Positions 46,581-55,601 of a DNA stretch of 64,000 nt are shown here, piece after piece. The position numbers and the translations under genes are program-made. This DNA comes from Candidatus Methylomirabilia bacterium. GTDB taxonomy: Bacteria > Methylomirabilota > Methylomirabilia > Rokubacteriales > CSP1-6. The notes beneath the pieces are model-generated. The model saw only the letters and a program-made list of their open reading frames with translations. It searched no databases and was not told the DNA's origin. The DNA is taken from NCBI GenBank assembly GCA_041496385.1, contig JBGQEL010000010.1, positions 1 through 64,000 on the forward strand, read 5' to 3'. Each line of letters starts with the position of its first letter. Position 1 is the first letter of the stretch.

Positions 46581-46610
46581 AGCATACGCGTTGACGCGAC
46601 CGCCTGTCAA
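46581..46610 (-). promoter_or_regulatory. leader promoter of ppdK-ilv-leu operon
   Basis: TTGACA-18 nt-TATGCT, 9 nt before the leader ATG. Confidence 0.65.
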
Positions 46611-47371
46611 GATCGCTTGCCCCGTCCCCGCCCCCCCTCGTCGTCCCTGCCGAGCACGAGCTCCTCGACAGCCTCGAGGTGGTCGACCATGGCCCGTCGC
46701 GCCTCACGCTCGTCGCGCGCGGCGATCGCGGCCAGGATGCGCTGGTGATCCTGGTGCGAACGCGTCGGCCGGCCGGGCGTGTTGAGCGATTCCTCCCGGC
46801 TCTGGGTGAGAAGGTCCATGACCGCGTGCGCGATCCGCGTGATCGCGCGGTTGTGCGCCGCCGCGCCGATGGCCGCGTGGAAGGCCGCGTCCTGGGTCAG
46901 GCCGGTCTTGCCGTCCGCGATCTCGCGCGCCTGCTCCGCGAGGATCCGCTCCATCTCCTGGATCTCCTCCCGGGTGGCGCGCGCCGCGGCGAGCTCCGCG
47001 AGCGCCGGCTCGAGGAGCCGGCGCGCCTCGAAGAGCTCGCCGATCGCCTCGCGCTGCGACGTCATCACCAGCGCGAGCGGCTCGACCAGCGCCTCGATCG
47101 ACACCTCGCGGACGAACGTCCCCTCCCCGGCGCGGATCTCGAGGAGCCCCAGACTTTCGAGCGCGCGCAGCGCCTCGCGGACCGAGGTGCGGCTCACGAC
47201 GAACTTCTCGGCCAGGTCGCGCTCGGGCGGGAGCTGATCGCCGCTCTTGAGTCGCCCCTCGGCGATCATCTGCTTGACCTGGCGGACGATCTCCTCGTAG
47301 ATGCGCGTGGACTTGATCGGCGAGAGGCTCACGGTACGGTCGGGGCGCCGCGCGCGCCCACGGGCGGGCAT
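46607..47371 (-). CDS. FadR-subfamily GntR regulator (LldR/GlcC/PdhR-like)
   Basis: GDQLPPERDLAEKFVVSRTSVREAL HTH, FCD domain (DAAFH, AHN, H); start 47371 or 47332. Confidence 0.92.
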   Translation of the reverse strand: MPARGRARRPDRTVSLSPIKSTRIYEEIVRQVKQMIAEGRLKSGDQLPPERDLAEKFVVSRTSVREALRALESLGLLEIRAGEGTFVREVSIEALVEPLALVMTSQREAIGELFEARRLLEPALAELAAARATREEIQEMERILAEQAREIADGKTGLTQDAAFHAAIGAAAHNRAITRIAHAVMDLLTQSREESLNTPGRPTRSHQDHQRILAAIAARDEREARRAMVDHLEAVEELVLGRDDEGGRGRGKRS

Positions 47372-48075
47372 CAGGGGCTCCTCCGCGCGTGCGCGTGGCC
47401 GTGGCGCCGCGCGCGCGCGAACCACCAGCCGAGCGCCGCGATGAGCGCGCCGATGGCCGGAGGCGTCACGCGGTGAAGCGTTCCCGCCGCGTCGCCGAGC
47501 CAGCGCGTCACGAGCCGGTCCTCCAGGACCATCTCGCCCGCGACGTAGCCCAGGAGCCCGCCCCCCAGCCAGACGATCCACGCGTAGCGATTCATCAGGT
47601 AGGCGAGAAGCCCCGCGCCCCAGACCACGATGGGCAGCGAGAGCCCGATCCCGAACATGACGAGGAGGAGATCGCCGTGCGCCGCCGCCGCGATCGCCAG
47701 CACGTTGTCCAGGCTCATCGTCACGTCGGCGACGATGATGATCCAGACGGCCTCCCAGAGGGACGTCCCGTGCCGCACGCCGCCGTCCGCGTCCGCGCCC
47801 GGTCGCACGAGCCGGGCGGCGATCCAGATGAGCAGCAGCCCGCCCGCGAGCTGGAGCAGCGGCACCCTGAGGAGCACGCTCACGATCGCGACGAAGACGA
47901 GCCGCAGCACCACCGCGCCGACCGCACCCCAGATCTGCCCCAGCACGCGCTTGCGTTTGGGCAGCGCGCGCACGGCGAGCGCGATGACCAGCGCGTTGTC
48001 GCCGGACAGGATGAGATTCAGGAAGCCAATCCCGAGGAGACGCACCCAGAACTCGGGGTCGAGGAGGACGGCCAT
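47371..48075 (-). CDS. TerC/YjbE-family membrane protein
   Basis: LSGDNALVIALA, ADVTMSLDNVLAIA; ATG 48075. Confidence 0.88.
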   Translation of the reverse strand: MAVLLDPEFWVRLLGIGFLNLILSGDNALVIALAVRALPKRKRVLGQIWGAVGAVVLRLVFVAIVSVLLRVPLLQLAGGLLLIWIAARLVRPGADADGGVRHGTSLWEAVWIIIVADVTMSLDNVLAIAAAAHGDLLLVMFGIGLSLPIVVWGAGLLAYLMNRYAWIVWLGGGLLGYVAGEMVLEDRLVTRWLGDAAGTLHRVTPPAIGALIAALGWWFARARRHGHAHARRSP

Positions 48076-49580
48076 CAGGCGCCCGGCGCCGGCGCCCCGC
48101 GCATCCGGCGCCACCACGGCGTCAGCACGGGGAGGGCGAAGAAGAGAAGGGCGACGCCGGTGATCGCGCCCGCGATCGGTCGCGTGACGAAGATCGCGAC
48201 CGAGCCCTGCGACATGATGAGGCTCTGGCGGAGCGCGTTCTCGGCGAGGTCGCCCAGCACGAGGGCCAGGACCAGCGGCGCCAGCGGGTAGTCGAGCTTC
48301 TTGAACACGTAGCCCACCACGCCGAAGATCACCATGTACCAGATGTCGATCATGCTGTTGTGCACGGCGTAGGAGCCGACGGCGCACACGACCACGATCA
48401 CGGGCGTCAGGATCGCAAACGGGATGCGGAGGATCATGGCGAAGAACGGCACGAACGCCAGGACCATCAGCACGCCGATGATGTTCCCGGTGTACATGCT
48501 CGCGATGAGTCCCCAGACGAACTCGGGGCGTTCCTTGAAGAGGAGCGGCCCGGGCTGGAGACCCCAGATGATGAGCCCGCCGAGCATCACGGCCGCGGTC
48601 GGTGAGCCCGGGATGCCCAGCGTGAGCATCGGCAGCATCGCGGCGACGCCCGCCGCGTGGGCGGCGGTCTCGGGCGCCACGACCCCCTCCAGCTCGCCCT
48701 GCCCGAACCGTTCCGGATGCCGTGAGAAGCGCTTGGCGAAGGCGTAGCTCATGAACGAGGCGGGCGTGGCGCCTCCCGGTTTGAAGCCCATCCAGAAGCC
48801 GATGAACGAGCCGCGCACGAACGTGCGCCAGTAGCGCGGCAGGATCTTCCAGGTCTCGAGGACGACCCCGAGCTTCATGCCCGTGGGCGCGCTGCGGAAC
48901 GAGAGCCCCTCCTCGACCGACAGGAGGATCTCGCCGACCCCGAACAGGCCGATGACGGCGACGATGAAGTCGAAGCCTTTCATCAGATCCACGAAGCCGA
49001 AGGTCATCCGGAGCTGGCCGGTGACGATGTCGAGCCCCACCGCGGCGAGGATGAAGCCGAGCAGGATCGAGACGAGCGACTTGAGCGGGTTACCGCCGCC
49101 GAGGCCGACGAAGCTCGAGAAGGTCAGGAGCTGGATCGCGAAGAACTCGGGCGGCCCGAACTTGAGGGCGATCTCCGCCAGGACCGGCGCGAAGAAGGTG
49201 ATCAGGACGATCGAGAAGAAGGCGCCGACGAACGACGAGGTGAACGCGGCGGTCAGCGCCTGGCCCCCCTTCCCCTGGCGCGCCAGCGGGTAGCCGTCGA
49301 ACGTCGTTGCGACCGACCACGGCTCACCGGGGATGTTGAAGAGGATAGACGTGATGGCCCCGCCGAAGAGCGCGCCCCAGTAGAGCGACGTCAGCAAGAT
49401 GATCGCGGAGGTCGGCGGCATGGTGAACGTGAGCGGCAGCAGGATCGCGACACCGTTGGCCCCACCCAGCCCCGGCAGGACGCCGATGATGGTGCCGAGG
49501 GTGATGCCGACGACGGCGACGAACAGGTTGTAGGGCGTGATCGCGACGTGGAAGCCGAGGACGAGGTTTTCGATGCCCAT
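48075..49580 (-). CDS. tctA: tripartite tricarboxylate transporter large permease TctA
   Basis: GVLPGLG, NIPGEP...TTFDGYP, LTLGIPGS, GLQPGP. Confidence 0.93.
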   Translation of the reverse strand: MGIENLVLGFHVAITPYNLFVAVVGITLGTIIGVLPGLGGANGVAILLPLTFTMPPTSAIILLTSLYWGALFGGAITSILFNIPGEPWSVATTFDGYPLARQGKGGQALTAAFTSSFVGAFFSIVLITFFAPVLAEIALKFGPPEFFAIQLLTFSSFVGLGGGNPLKSLVSILLGFILAAVGLDIVTGQLRMTFGFVDLMKGFDFIVAVIGLFGVGEILLSVEEGLSFRSAPTGMKLGVVLETWKILPRYWRTFVRGSFIGFWMGFKPGGATPASFMSYAFAKRFSRHPERFGQGELEGVVAPETAAHAAGVAAMLPMLTLGIPGSPTAAVMLGGLIIWGLQPGPLLFKERPEFVWGLIASMYTGNIIGVLMVLAFVPFFAMILRIPFAILTPVIVVVCAVGSYAVHNSMIDIWYMVIFGVVGYVFKKLDYPLAPLVLALVLGDLAENALRQSLIMSQGSVAIFVTRPIAGAITGVALLFFALPVLTPWWRRMRGAPAPGA

Positions 49581-49583
49581 CGT

Positions 49584-50045
49584 CTAGAAACCGAGCCACG
49601 CTTCGAGCGGACCCTTCGGCATCGGGACCAGAAACCACTTCTCGAAGACCAGGAACGTCGCGAGCGGGAACAGGATCGCCATCGCCAGGACGGCCAGCCA
49701 CCCGTGGCGGCCGATCCAGCGCATGTAGAACCCCGTGTAGAGCGCGGCCGCGACGTAGAGCCCGAGCCACTGCGTGAGGACGACCAGCGCCACCGCCGGC
49801 CAGAGGACTTTCAGCACCGGCCCGAGCTGCGCCTGCGTCACGAAGGGCCGTCCGGCCGGGCCGCGCGCCGCCTGGAGGACGATGACGGCGCAGGCCGCGA
49901 TCATGAACACACCGAGCCAGAACGGGAAGAAGCCGCTCTGCGGGCCGTCGGTCCCCCAGCCGATGCCGAGCCGGGCCGAGTCGAAAACGACGACGCCGGC
50001 CAGCAGCATCAGGAACGACGCGGTGACGAGATCCGCGATACGCAT
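49584..50045 (-). CDS. tctB: tripartite tricarboxylate transporter small subunit TctB
   Basis: 4 TM helices, GP.SGFFPFW, F...F.VPMP.G. Confidence 0.88.
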   Translation of the reverse strand: MRIADLVTASFLMLLAGVVVFDSARLGIGWGTDGPQSGFFPFWLGVFMIAACAVIVLQAARGPAGRPFVTQAQLGPVLKVLWPAVALVVLTQWLGLYVAAALYTGFYMRWIGRHGWLAVLAMAILFPLATFLVFEKWFLVPMPKGPLEAWLGF

Positions 50046-50058
50046 GGCGTGGGGCGCG

Positions 50059-51030
50059 CTACTTCTTGAGCAGCCCCCCCTTGGCCATCAGCTCCTTGTG
50101 GAGCTTCTCGTTCTCCTCGACCCAGGCCACGTACTCGGCGCCCTCGGCGAACGCCGGCTTGAGCGCGCCCTCGGTCAGGTATTTCTGAAAGTCGGGCGTG
50201 TCGTAGACCTTCTTCAGCAGGGCGACGTACCAGTCCACGGCCTCCTTGGGCATGTTCGGAGGCCCGAACATGCCGCGCAGCATGAGGTAGTGGACGTCGA
50301 CGCCCAGCGCCTCCTTGACCGTCGGGATGTCCTTCCACTCCGCGACGGGAATGCGCGCGGTGTCGAAGACCGCGAGCGGCCGGACCCGCCCGCCCTTCCA
50401 GTGGCTCGCGCACTCGATCGGGTTGTTCACGGTCGAGTCGACGTGCTTGCCCACGAGGTTCACGCACACCTCGCCGCCGCCCTTGAACGGCACGTAGATG
50501 AACTTGAGGCCGAGCGCCTGCTCCAGCTGGATCGTGAGGATCTGATCCTCCTGCGCGGAGCCGGTGCCACCCATCTTCTTGCCCAAGGGCTTCTCCTTCA
50601 CGGCGGCGATGTAGTCCTTGGCCGTCTTGTAGGGCATCTCGGCGTTCACCCAGAGGATGAACTGGTCGAGCGCCATGCGGGCGATCGGGCTGAGGTCGCG
50701 CCAGTTGAACGGAATGCCGGTATGCAGCGGGGTCGTGAACAGGTTCGAGAGGGTGATGATCATCGTGTGGGCGTCGCCCTTCCGGCCCTTGACGTCGAGG
50801 AAGCCCTCGGCACCGGCGCCGCCCGCTTTGTTCACCACGATGATCGGCCGGGGGGAGAGCTTGTGCTTCTCGGCGATGCCCGAGATCAGGCGCGCCATCT
50901 GGTCGGCGCCGCCTCCCGTGCCGGCGGGTACGACGAGCTCGATGGGTTTGGTCGGCTCCCAGGCCGCGGCGGGCGCGCCCAGGGACACGATCAGGATCGC
51001 GATCAGCGCGAGTACGGTGATGAGCCTCAT
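50059..51030 (-). CDS. tctC: tripartite tricarboxylate transporter substrate-binding protein TctC/Bug
   Basis: Signal peptide, PIELVVPAGTGGGADQMAR, VNKAGGAG, YVPFKGGG. Confidence 0.92.
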   Translation of the reverse strand: MRLITVLALIAILIVSLGAPAAAWEPTKPIELVVPAGTGGGADQMARLISGIAEKHKLSPRPIIVVNKAGGAGAEGFLDVKGRKGDAHTMIITLSNLFTTPLHTGIPFNWRDLSPIARMALDQFILWVNAEMPYKTAKDYIAAVKEKPLGKKMGGTGSAQEDQILTIQLEQALGLKFIYVPFKGGGEVCVNLVGKHVDSTVNNPIECASHWKGGRVRPLAVFDTARIPVAEWKDIPTVKEALGVDVHYLMLRGMFGPPNMPKEAVDWYVALLKKVYDTPDFQKYLTEGALKPAFAEGAEYVAWVEENEKLHKELMAKGGLLKK

Positions 51031-51137
51031 CGCTCGACTCCTTGCGGACCGGCGCCGCGGTTGTCTCCCGTGACGGTCGAATCTCGATGGTGCGTGACGC
51101 GTCGGTGTCGGTTGGCTCCTCGGGCGGGTTATGAACG

Positions 51138-51173
51138 GCGGGCCGGGCCCCGGGACGCCGGGGCCCGGCCCGC
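51138..51173. repeat. perfect 16-bp GC inverted repeat (hairpin) between oxidoreductase genes and tctC
   Basis: GCGGGCCGGGCCCCGG-gacg-CCGGGGCCCGGCCCGC. Confidence 0.85.
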
Positions 51174-51221
51174 GCCGCGGTTACGCGACGTCGAACCGGC
51201 CGGTCGCGTCCATCGGGTGCG

Positions 51222-52253
51222 CTACTTGGTCTCGAGCGCGGCCTTGGTCGCGTCGAGCCGCCGGAACGGGACGACCGCAGGGATTTCCCACTGCTCCCAC
51301 ATCTCGTCCACCTTCTTCTGGAAGTAGTGAAGATCCTCTTCGAGGAAGTGGGCGAAGCGGCCCTGTTTCAGGAGGTACTCGCGCACCGGCTTGCGCGCGC
51401 GCCCCTCGACGATCGCCTTGGTCTTGCCGTAGTACTTCACCTGGCCGTCCTCCACCTCGTAGAGGGGGAAGATCCCGGTCTCGATCGCCAGCTCGCCGAG
51501 CTCGTGGGAGAGCATCGGGTCGTAGTCCCAGCCCTTCGGGCACGGGTCGAGCGAGTGGATGAAGGTCGGGCCGCCGATCGAGAGGGCGCGGCGGACCTTG
51601 TTCATCATCTCGACCGCGTAGGACGGGCAGACGGTCGCGACGTACCGGCACTCCGTGTGGCCCGCCGCCAGCATGCCCGCCGTGTTCTTCTTCCAGCGCG
51701 TGTGGATGAGGCGCTTGACCGTGCCCGGCGGGCTGAACGTCGTGTTGGCGCCGTAGGGCGTCGAGCCCGAGAGCTGGATGTCGGTGTTCGCGTACGACTC
51801 GTTGTCGTAGAGCAGGATGAGGCTGTTGTACTCCTTGTGGGTCAGCGTCGCGGAGATCGCGCCGAGCCCCATGTCCGCCCCGCCGCCGTCGCCGCAGAAC
51901 GCTATAACATTGATCGGCTCGGACTTCATCTTGCCCTTCTTCATGAGCGCCTTGAGGCCCGCGGCGGTGCCGAGCGCGGCGGAGCCCGAGGAGCCGAGCT
52001 GCGTGTGCATCCACGGCACCACCCACGGCGTTGTGTAATAGGTCGTGTTGGCGACGTACATGCAGCCCGTCGAGCCCAGCACGATCGTGCGGGGGCCGGA
52101 CGCCTTCACCATGAGCTTCATGACGAGGGCGGACTCGCAGCCCTGGCAGGTCCGGTGGCCCGACGTGAAGTACTCCTCGATCGTGACCTTCTTGACGCCC
52201 CGGAACGGCTCCAGGATCTGCGTGGCGTTGGTGAACGTCGTGGTCTCAGCCAT
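51222..52253 (-). CDS. oxalate oxidoreductase-like 2-oxoacid:ferredoxin oxidoreductase, beta (TPP-binding) subunit
   Basis: GHRTCQGC, TGCMYVANT, GDGG...DNESYANT, PCPKGW. Confidence 0.88.
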   Translation of the reverse strand: MAETTTFTNATQILEPFRGVKKVTIEEYFTSGHRTCQGCESALVMKLMVKASGPRTIVLGSTGCMYVANTTYYTTPWVVPWMHTQLGSSGSAALGTAAGLKALMKKGKMKSEPINVIAFCGDGGGADMGLGAISATLTHKEYNSLILLYDNESYANTDIQLSGSTPYGANTTFSPPGTVKRLIHTRWKKNTAGMLAAGHTECRYVATVCPSYAVEMMNKVRRALSIGGPTFIHSLDPCPKGWDYDPMLSHELGELAIETGIFPLYEVEDGQVKYYGKTKAIVEGRARKPVREYLLKQGRFAHFLEEDLHYFQKKVDEMWEQWEIPAVVPFRRLDATKAALETK

Positions 52254-52265
52254 GGCCGTGCTCTC

Positions 52266-53495
52266 CTATTCTCGAACGCCGAGCCAGTGCGTCTTCGAGT
52301 CCGACTTGCCCGACTGCGCGGCACCGTAGCACATGTCGGTCGCCTTGTTGACGTCCTCCAGCGTGACCTCGCGCCCGCCGAGGCCGCAGATGAACGAGAG
52401 GAGCGGCGGGCGCCGCGCGGCGTTGTACATGGCCGCGCGGATCTCGTTGGCGACCACGCCCGAGGCGAACGGCGAGCCGAACGAGTAGTTCCGGTCGATG
52501 ACACCGATCGCCTGCGCCTTGGACAGGGCCGCCACCAGCCGGTCGGTCGGGAACGGCCGGAACCAGCGGAGCCGCACGAGGCCGACCTTCTTGCCCTTGG
52601 CGCGCATCTCGCGGATCGCGACCTTGATGGGGAGCGAGATGGTCCCCATCCCGACGAGGATCACCTCCGCGTCGTCCGTCATGTACTCCTCGAACCAGGG
52701 GTTCTCGGGCCCGCGGCCGAACACGCGCCGGAAATCGGCGTACGCTTCCTCGATGACCGTGTAGGCACGCTTCATCGCCTCGTCGTTCTGGCGGCGGATC
52801 TCGATGACCCAGTCCTCGTTCGCCTGCGGCGCGACGGTGATCGGGTTGTCCGGATGGAGCAGCAGATCGCCCCGGTTGTATCGCGGCAGGAAGGCGTCCA
52901 CCTTCGCCTTGGGCGGCACCATCGTGAGCGCCTGCGAGTGCGTCAGGAACGCGCCGTCGGCCGAGATCGCGATTGGCAGGAAGATCCGCCGATCCTCGGC
53001 CACGCGGTAGGCGATCAGCGTCGTGTCGAGCGCCTCCTGCGAGGTATCGATCCAGCAGAGGAGCCAGCCGAGGTCGCGGACGACCAGCGCGTCGTTGTGC
53101 TCGACGCCGAACGCCCCGGGATCGTCGAGCGCGCGGTTGCCGACGAGCGCGACCATCGGCACCCGCAGCGGCGGCGTCACGACCAGGCACTCCATCGCGT
53201 ACATCCAGCCCACGCCCGACGAGCCGCAGAAGACGCGGGCGCCCACCGTCGAGGCGTGCTTGACGATCTCGAACTGGCTGTGCTCGCCCTCCGCCACGAT
53301 GTACTCGGCGACCAGATTGCCGTTGGCGATCTTCTTCGCGATCGCCTGCATCACCGTGTCGTACGGCCGGATCGGGTACGCCGTCACCACGTCGATGTCG
53401 GCCAGGGTCAGGGCCTCGGCCACGGCCTCGCTGCCCGAGATCAGGAGCTCTTTGTCTTCGCTCGCGGCCGGCGCCGCCTTCGTCACCACCGCCAT
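52266..53495 (-). CDS. oxalate oxidoreductase-like 2-oxoacid:ferredoxin oxidoreductase, alpha subunit
   Basis: YPIRP (not YPITP), EGEH, GSSGVG, FRPFP, GLGG. Confidence 0.88.
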   Translation of the reverse strand: MAVVTKAAPAASEDKELLISGSEAVAEALTLADIDVVTAYPIRPYDTVMQAIAKKIANGNLVAEYIVAEGEHSQFEIVKHASTVGARVFCGSSGVGWMYAMECLVVTPPLRVPMVALVGNRALDDPGAFGVEHNDALVVRDLGWLLCWIDTSQEALDTTLIAYRVAEDRRIFLPIAISADGAFLTHSQALTMVPPKAKVDAFLPRYNRGDLLLHPDNPITVAPQANEDWVIEIRRQNDEAMKRAYTVIEEAYADFRRVFGRGPENPWFEEYMTDDAEVILVGMGTISLPIKVAIREMRAKGKKVGLVRLRWFRPFPTDRLVAALSKAQAIGVIDRNYSFGSPFASGVVANEIRAAMYNAARRPPLLSFICGLGGREVTLEDVNKATDMCYGAAQSGKSDSKTHWLGVRE

Positions 53496-53510
53496 CGTCG
53501 TCCTCCAGCC

Positions 53511-54719
53511 CTACGAGGTCTTGTGCTGCGCGTTCTCGCCCGGGATGCCCGCCGTGATCTCGACACCGCCCGTGTCCAGCTCCGTCTTCAGCTCTTCCTC
53601 GTACTGGCCGCGGAACCGGAAGCCGTGCGAGCGGACCGTCGCCTGCTTGTCGTCGATCTTTCCGGTCATCCAGGTCCGGTACGCGTCCTTGTCCTTCCGC
53701 CACATCTCCCACTGGCTGGCGTTGTCGTCGAACACCGACTCGTTCACCATCGTGATGCACTTCTCGACGGGACAGACCGCCTCGCAGACGCCGCAGCCGC
53801 AGCACGAGTCCATGTTGGCGTCATAGGTGCCGTCGGGCATCACGTCGAAGCAGGAGTCGGGGCACTGGATCCAGCAGAGCGTGCACTTGACGCAGGTGTC
53901 GAAGTTGATCACCGGGCGCATCGTGCGCGTCGTGTACTTCTTGAAGTACGGGTTGCGCTCCGGGACGTAGCCCTTCCCCGCCTCCTTCGGCTTGCCGAGC
54001 GGGATCGCCGGGATCGTCACACCCTCACGCATCTCCCACCACTTGGGCATCTCGAACGAGAACGGCACCTCGTCGTTGCCCTCGGTGAGCTTCACCTCGC
54101 GGGTCTCGATCCGGTCGTAGGCCTTCTTCGCGGACTCGACCTTGATGTCGGAGCCCCACTCCATCTCGCGGATCGCCTGACTGACCCCGTCGAGGCTCAG
54201 GAACGACGGGGCGATCCTGGCGAGCGCGCCCAGGATGCGCACCTCGGTGTGGTCCTCCTTGTAGACCCAGAGGCCCGAGAACGAGGCCTTGGCGCGGATC
54301 AGCGAGAGCTTGTACGGAGCATCCTTCTTGTGGATGTCCTCGAGCAGGTCGTCGAACCTCTGCAGCGAGGTCATCAGCACCGTGCCGTTCGGCACGGTGA
54401 GCCGGTTGATCGGCTGGAGCCCGTACCAGGCCCACGACTCGACGCCCTTGGAGAGCGTGTCGTCCACGCAGATCGTGACGTCCACGTGCTTGGGCTCGTA
54501 GCGGGCCATGTTCTGCTCGAGCTCTTCCTTGCTGTCCGCGACGATCGCGAAGTCCTTCGCCGGGATGCCGTTGCGCTGCGGGCTGTCGCCGTAGCGGCCG
54601 AACGCGATGCCCCAGCGGCCGGACTTGCGCGCCGACAGCACGATGCCGCGCGCGATGCGGGCGGCGAGGTTCTTCTGGAAGATGCCGCGATAGACGATCT
54701 CGCAGATCAGGGCTGCCAT
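53511..54719 (-). CDS. 2-oxoacid:ferredoxin oxidoreductase fused gamma-delta subunit
   Basis: Divergent gamma domain (YGDSPQRNG) plus 2x[4Fe-4S] motifs CVKCTLCWIQCP and CCGCGVCEAVCP. Confidence 0.85.
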   Translation of the reverse strand: MAALICEIVYRGIFQKNLAARIARGIVLSARKSGRWGIAFGRYGDSPQRNGIPAKDFAIVADSKEELEQNMARYEPKHVDVTICVDDTLSKGVESWAWYGLQPINRLTVPNGTVLMTSLQRFDDLLEDIHKKDAPYKLSLIRAKASFSGLWVYKEDHTEVRILGALARIAPSFLSLDGVSQAIREMEWGSDIKVESAKKAYDRIETREVKLTEGNDEVPFSFEMPKWWEMREGVTIPAIPLGKPKEAGKGYVPERNPYFKKYTTRTMRPVINFDTCVKCTLCWIQCPDSCFDVMPDGTYDANMDSCCGCGVCEAVCPVEKCITMVNESVFDDNASQWEMWRKDKDAYRTWMTGKIDDKQATVRSHGFRFRGQYEEELKTELDTGGVEITAGIPGENAQHKTS

Positions 54720-54762
54720 GCGCGTCTCCTCACCGGGGCGCCGGCCCCCGGGACTTGGCTAC

Positions 54763-54813
54763 TGGTCGAATGGTCTGACCGGAGAATACCCCGGGCGGGG
54801 ACTGAGCTGTCAA
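54763..54813 (-). promoter_or_regulatory. oxidoreductase operon promoter with FadR/GntR operator
   Basis: TTGACA-19 nt-TATTCT; TGGTCGAATGGTCTGACCG (plus strand 54763-54781) over the predicted start site. Confidence 0.65.
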
Positions 54814-55601
54814 GGGGCCCTCGACAGGAACCCCTCGAGAGCCCGCGTAAAGGCCTCAGGCTGCTCGATATTCGACAGATGTGACGCGGACTTGATTATC
54901 GTCAGCTCAGATCCGGCGATATGCTCGTGGATCACCCGAGCGGCCGCGACCGGCGTCCCCAGATCATCCTCGCCGACGATGACGAGCGTCGGGATCTTGA
55001 TGACGCCGAGCCGATCCGTGAGGTCGAGCTTCGAGATCGCGTGACAGCAGCCGGCGTAGCCCGCGGGGTTCGTTCCTCGGATCATCGCGGCCACGCGCTG
55101 GACGACCTCCGGACGCTTCTCCCTGAAGGGCGGCGTGAACCAGCGGCCCAGCGTGGGCTCGACGAGCGGCTCCATGCCCTGGGTCTCCGCGGTGCGGATC
55201 CGGTCATCCCACGCCGCGCGCATCTCGGGAGGCACGCGGCTGGACGTGTCGCAGAGGGCGAGGCTTGCGAAGAGGCCGGGCGCCTTGAGCGCGAGGGTCT
55301 GGCCGATCATGCCGCCCATCGAGAGCCCGACCCAGTGCGTCTTCGCGATCCCGAGCGCCCCGAGGAGCGCGCGGGCGTCCTCCGCGAGCTGGTCGAGCGT
55401 GTACGCCCCCCGGGGCGCGTCGGTCGCGCCGTGGCCCCGCGTCTCGTACTGGAGCACCCGGTACCGCCTCGCCAGCGCCGTGAGCTGCGGCTCCCACATG
55501 GCGAGCGTGGTCGCAAGCGAATGACTCAGCGTGACCACCGGGGCCCCGGCGGGGCCCTCGAGCGAGTAGTTGACGGAGATCCCGTTGACCGTGACCTTCA
55601 T
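54810..55601 (-). CDS. pcaD: alpha/beta hydrolase, 3-oxoadipate enol-lactonase-like
   Basis: LSHSLAT..MW, TRGHG, GLSMGG, HLSNIEQP; ATG 55601; substrate unproven. Confidence 0.75.
   Translation of the reverse strand: MKVTVNGISVNYSLEGPAGAPVVTLSHSLATTLAMWEPQLTALARRYRVLQYETRGHGATDAPRGAYTLDQLAEDARALLGALGIAKTHWVGLSMGGMIGQTLALKAPGLFASLALCDTSSRVPPEMRAAWDDRIRTAETQGMEPLVEPTLGRWFTPPFREKRPEVVQRVAAMIRGTNPAGYAGCCHAISKLDLTDRLGVIKIPTLVIVGEDDLGTPVAAARVIHEHIAGSELTIIKSASHLSNIEQPEAFTRALEGFLSRAP

Noticed and set aside
46283..46610. T-box or metabolite riboswitch in the ppdK leader
   Set aside because: No T-box (UGGNACC in an antiterminator bulge) or known aptamer recognised on the coding strand; leader peptide plus alternative stems explain the structure
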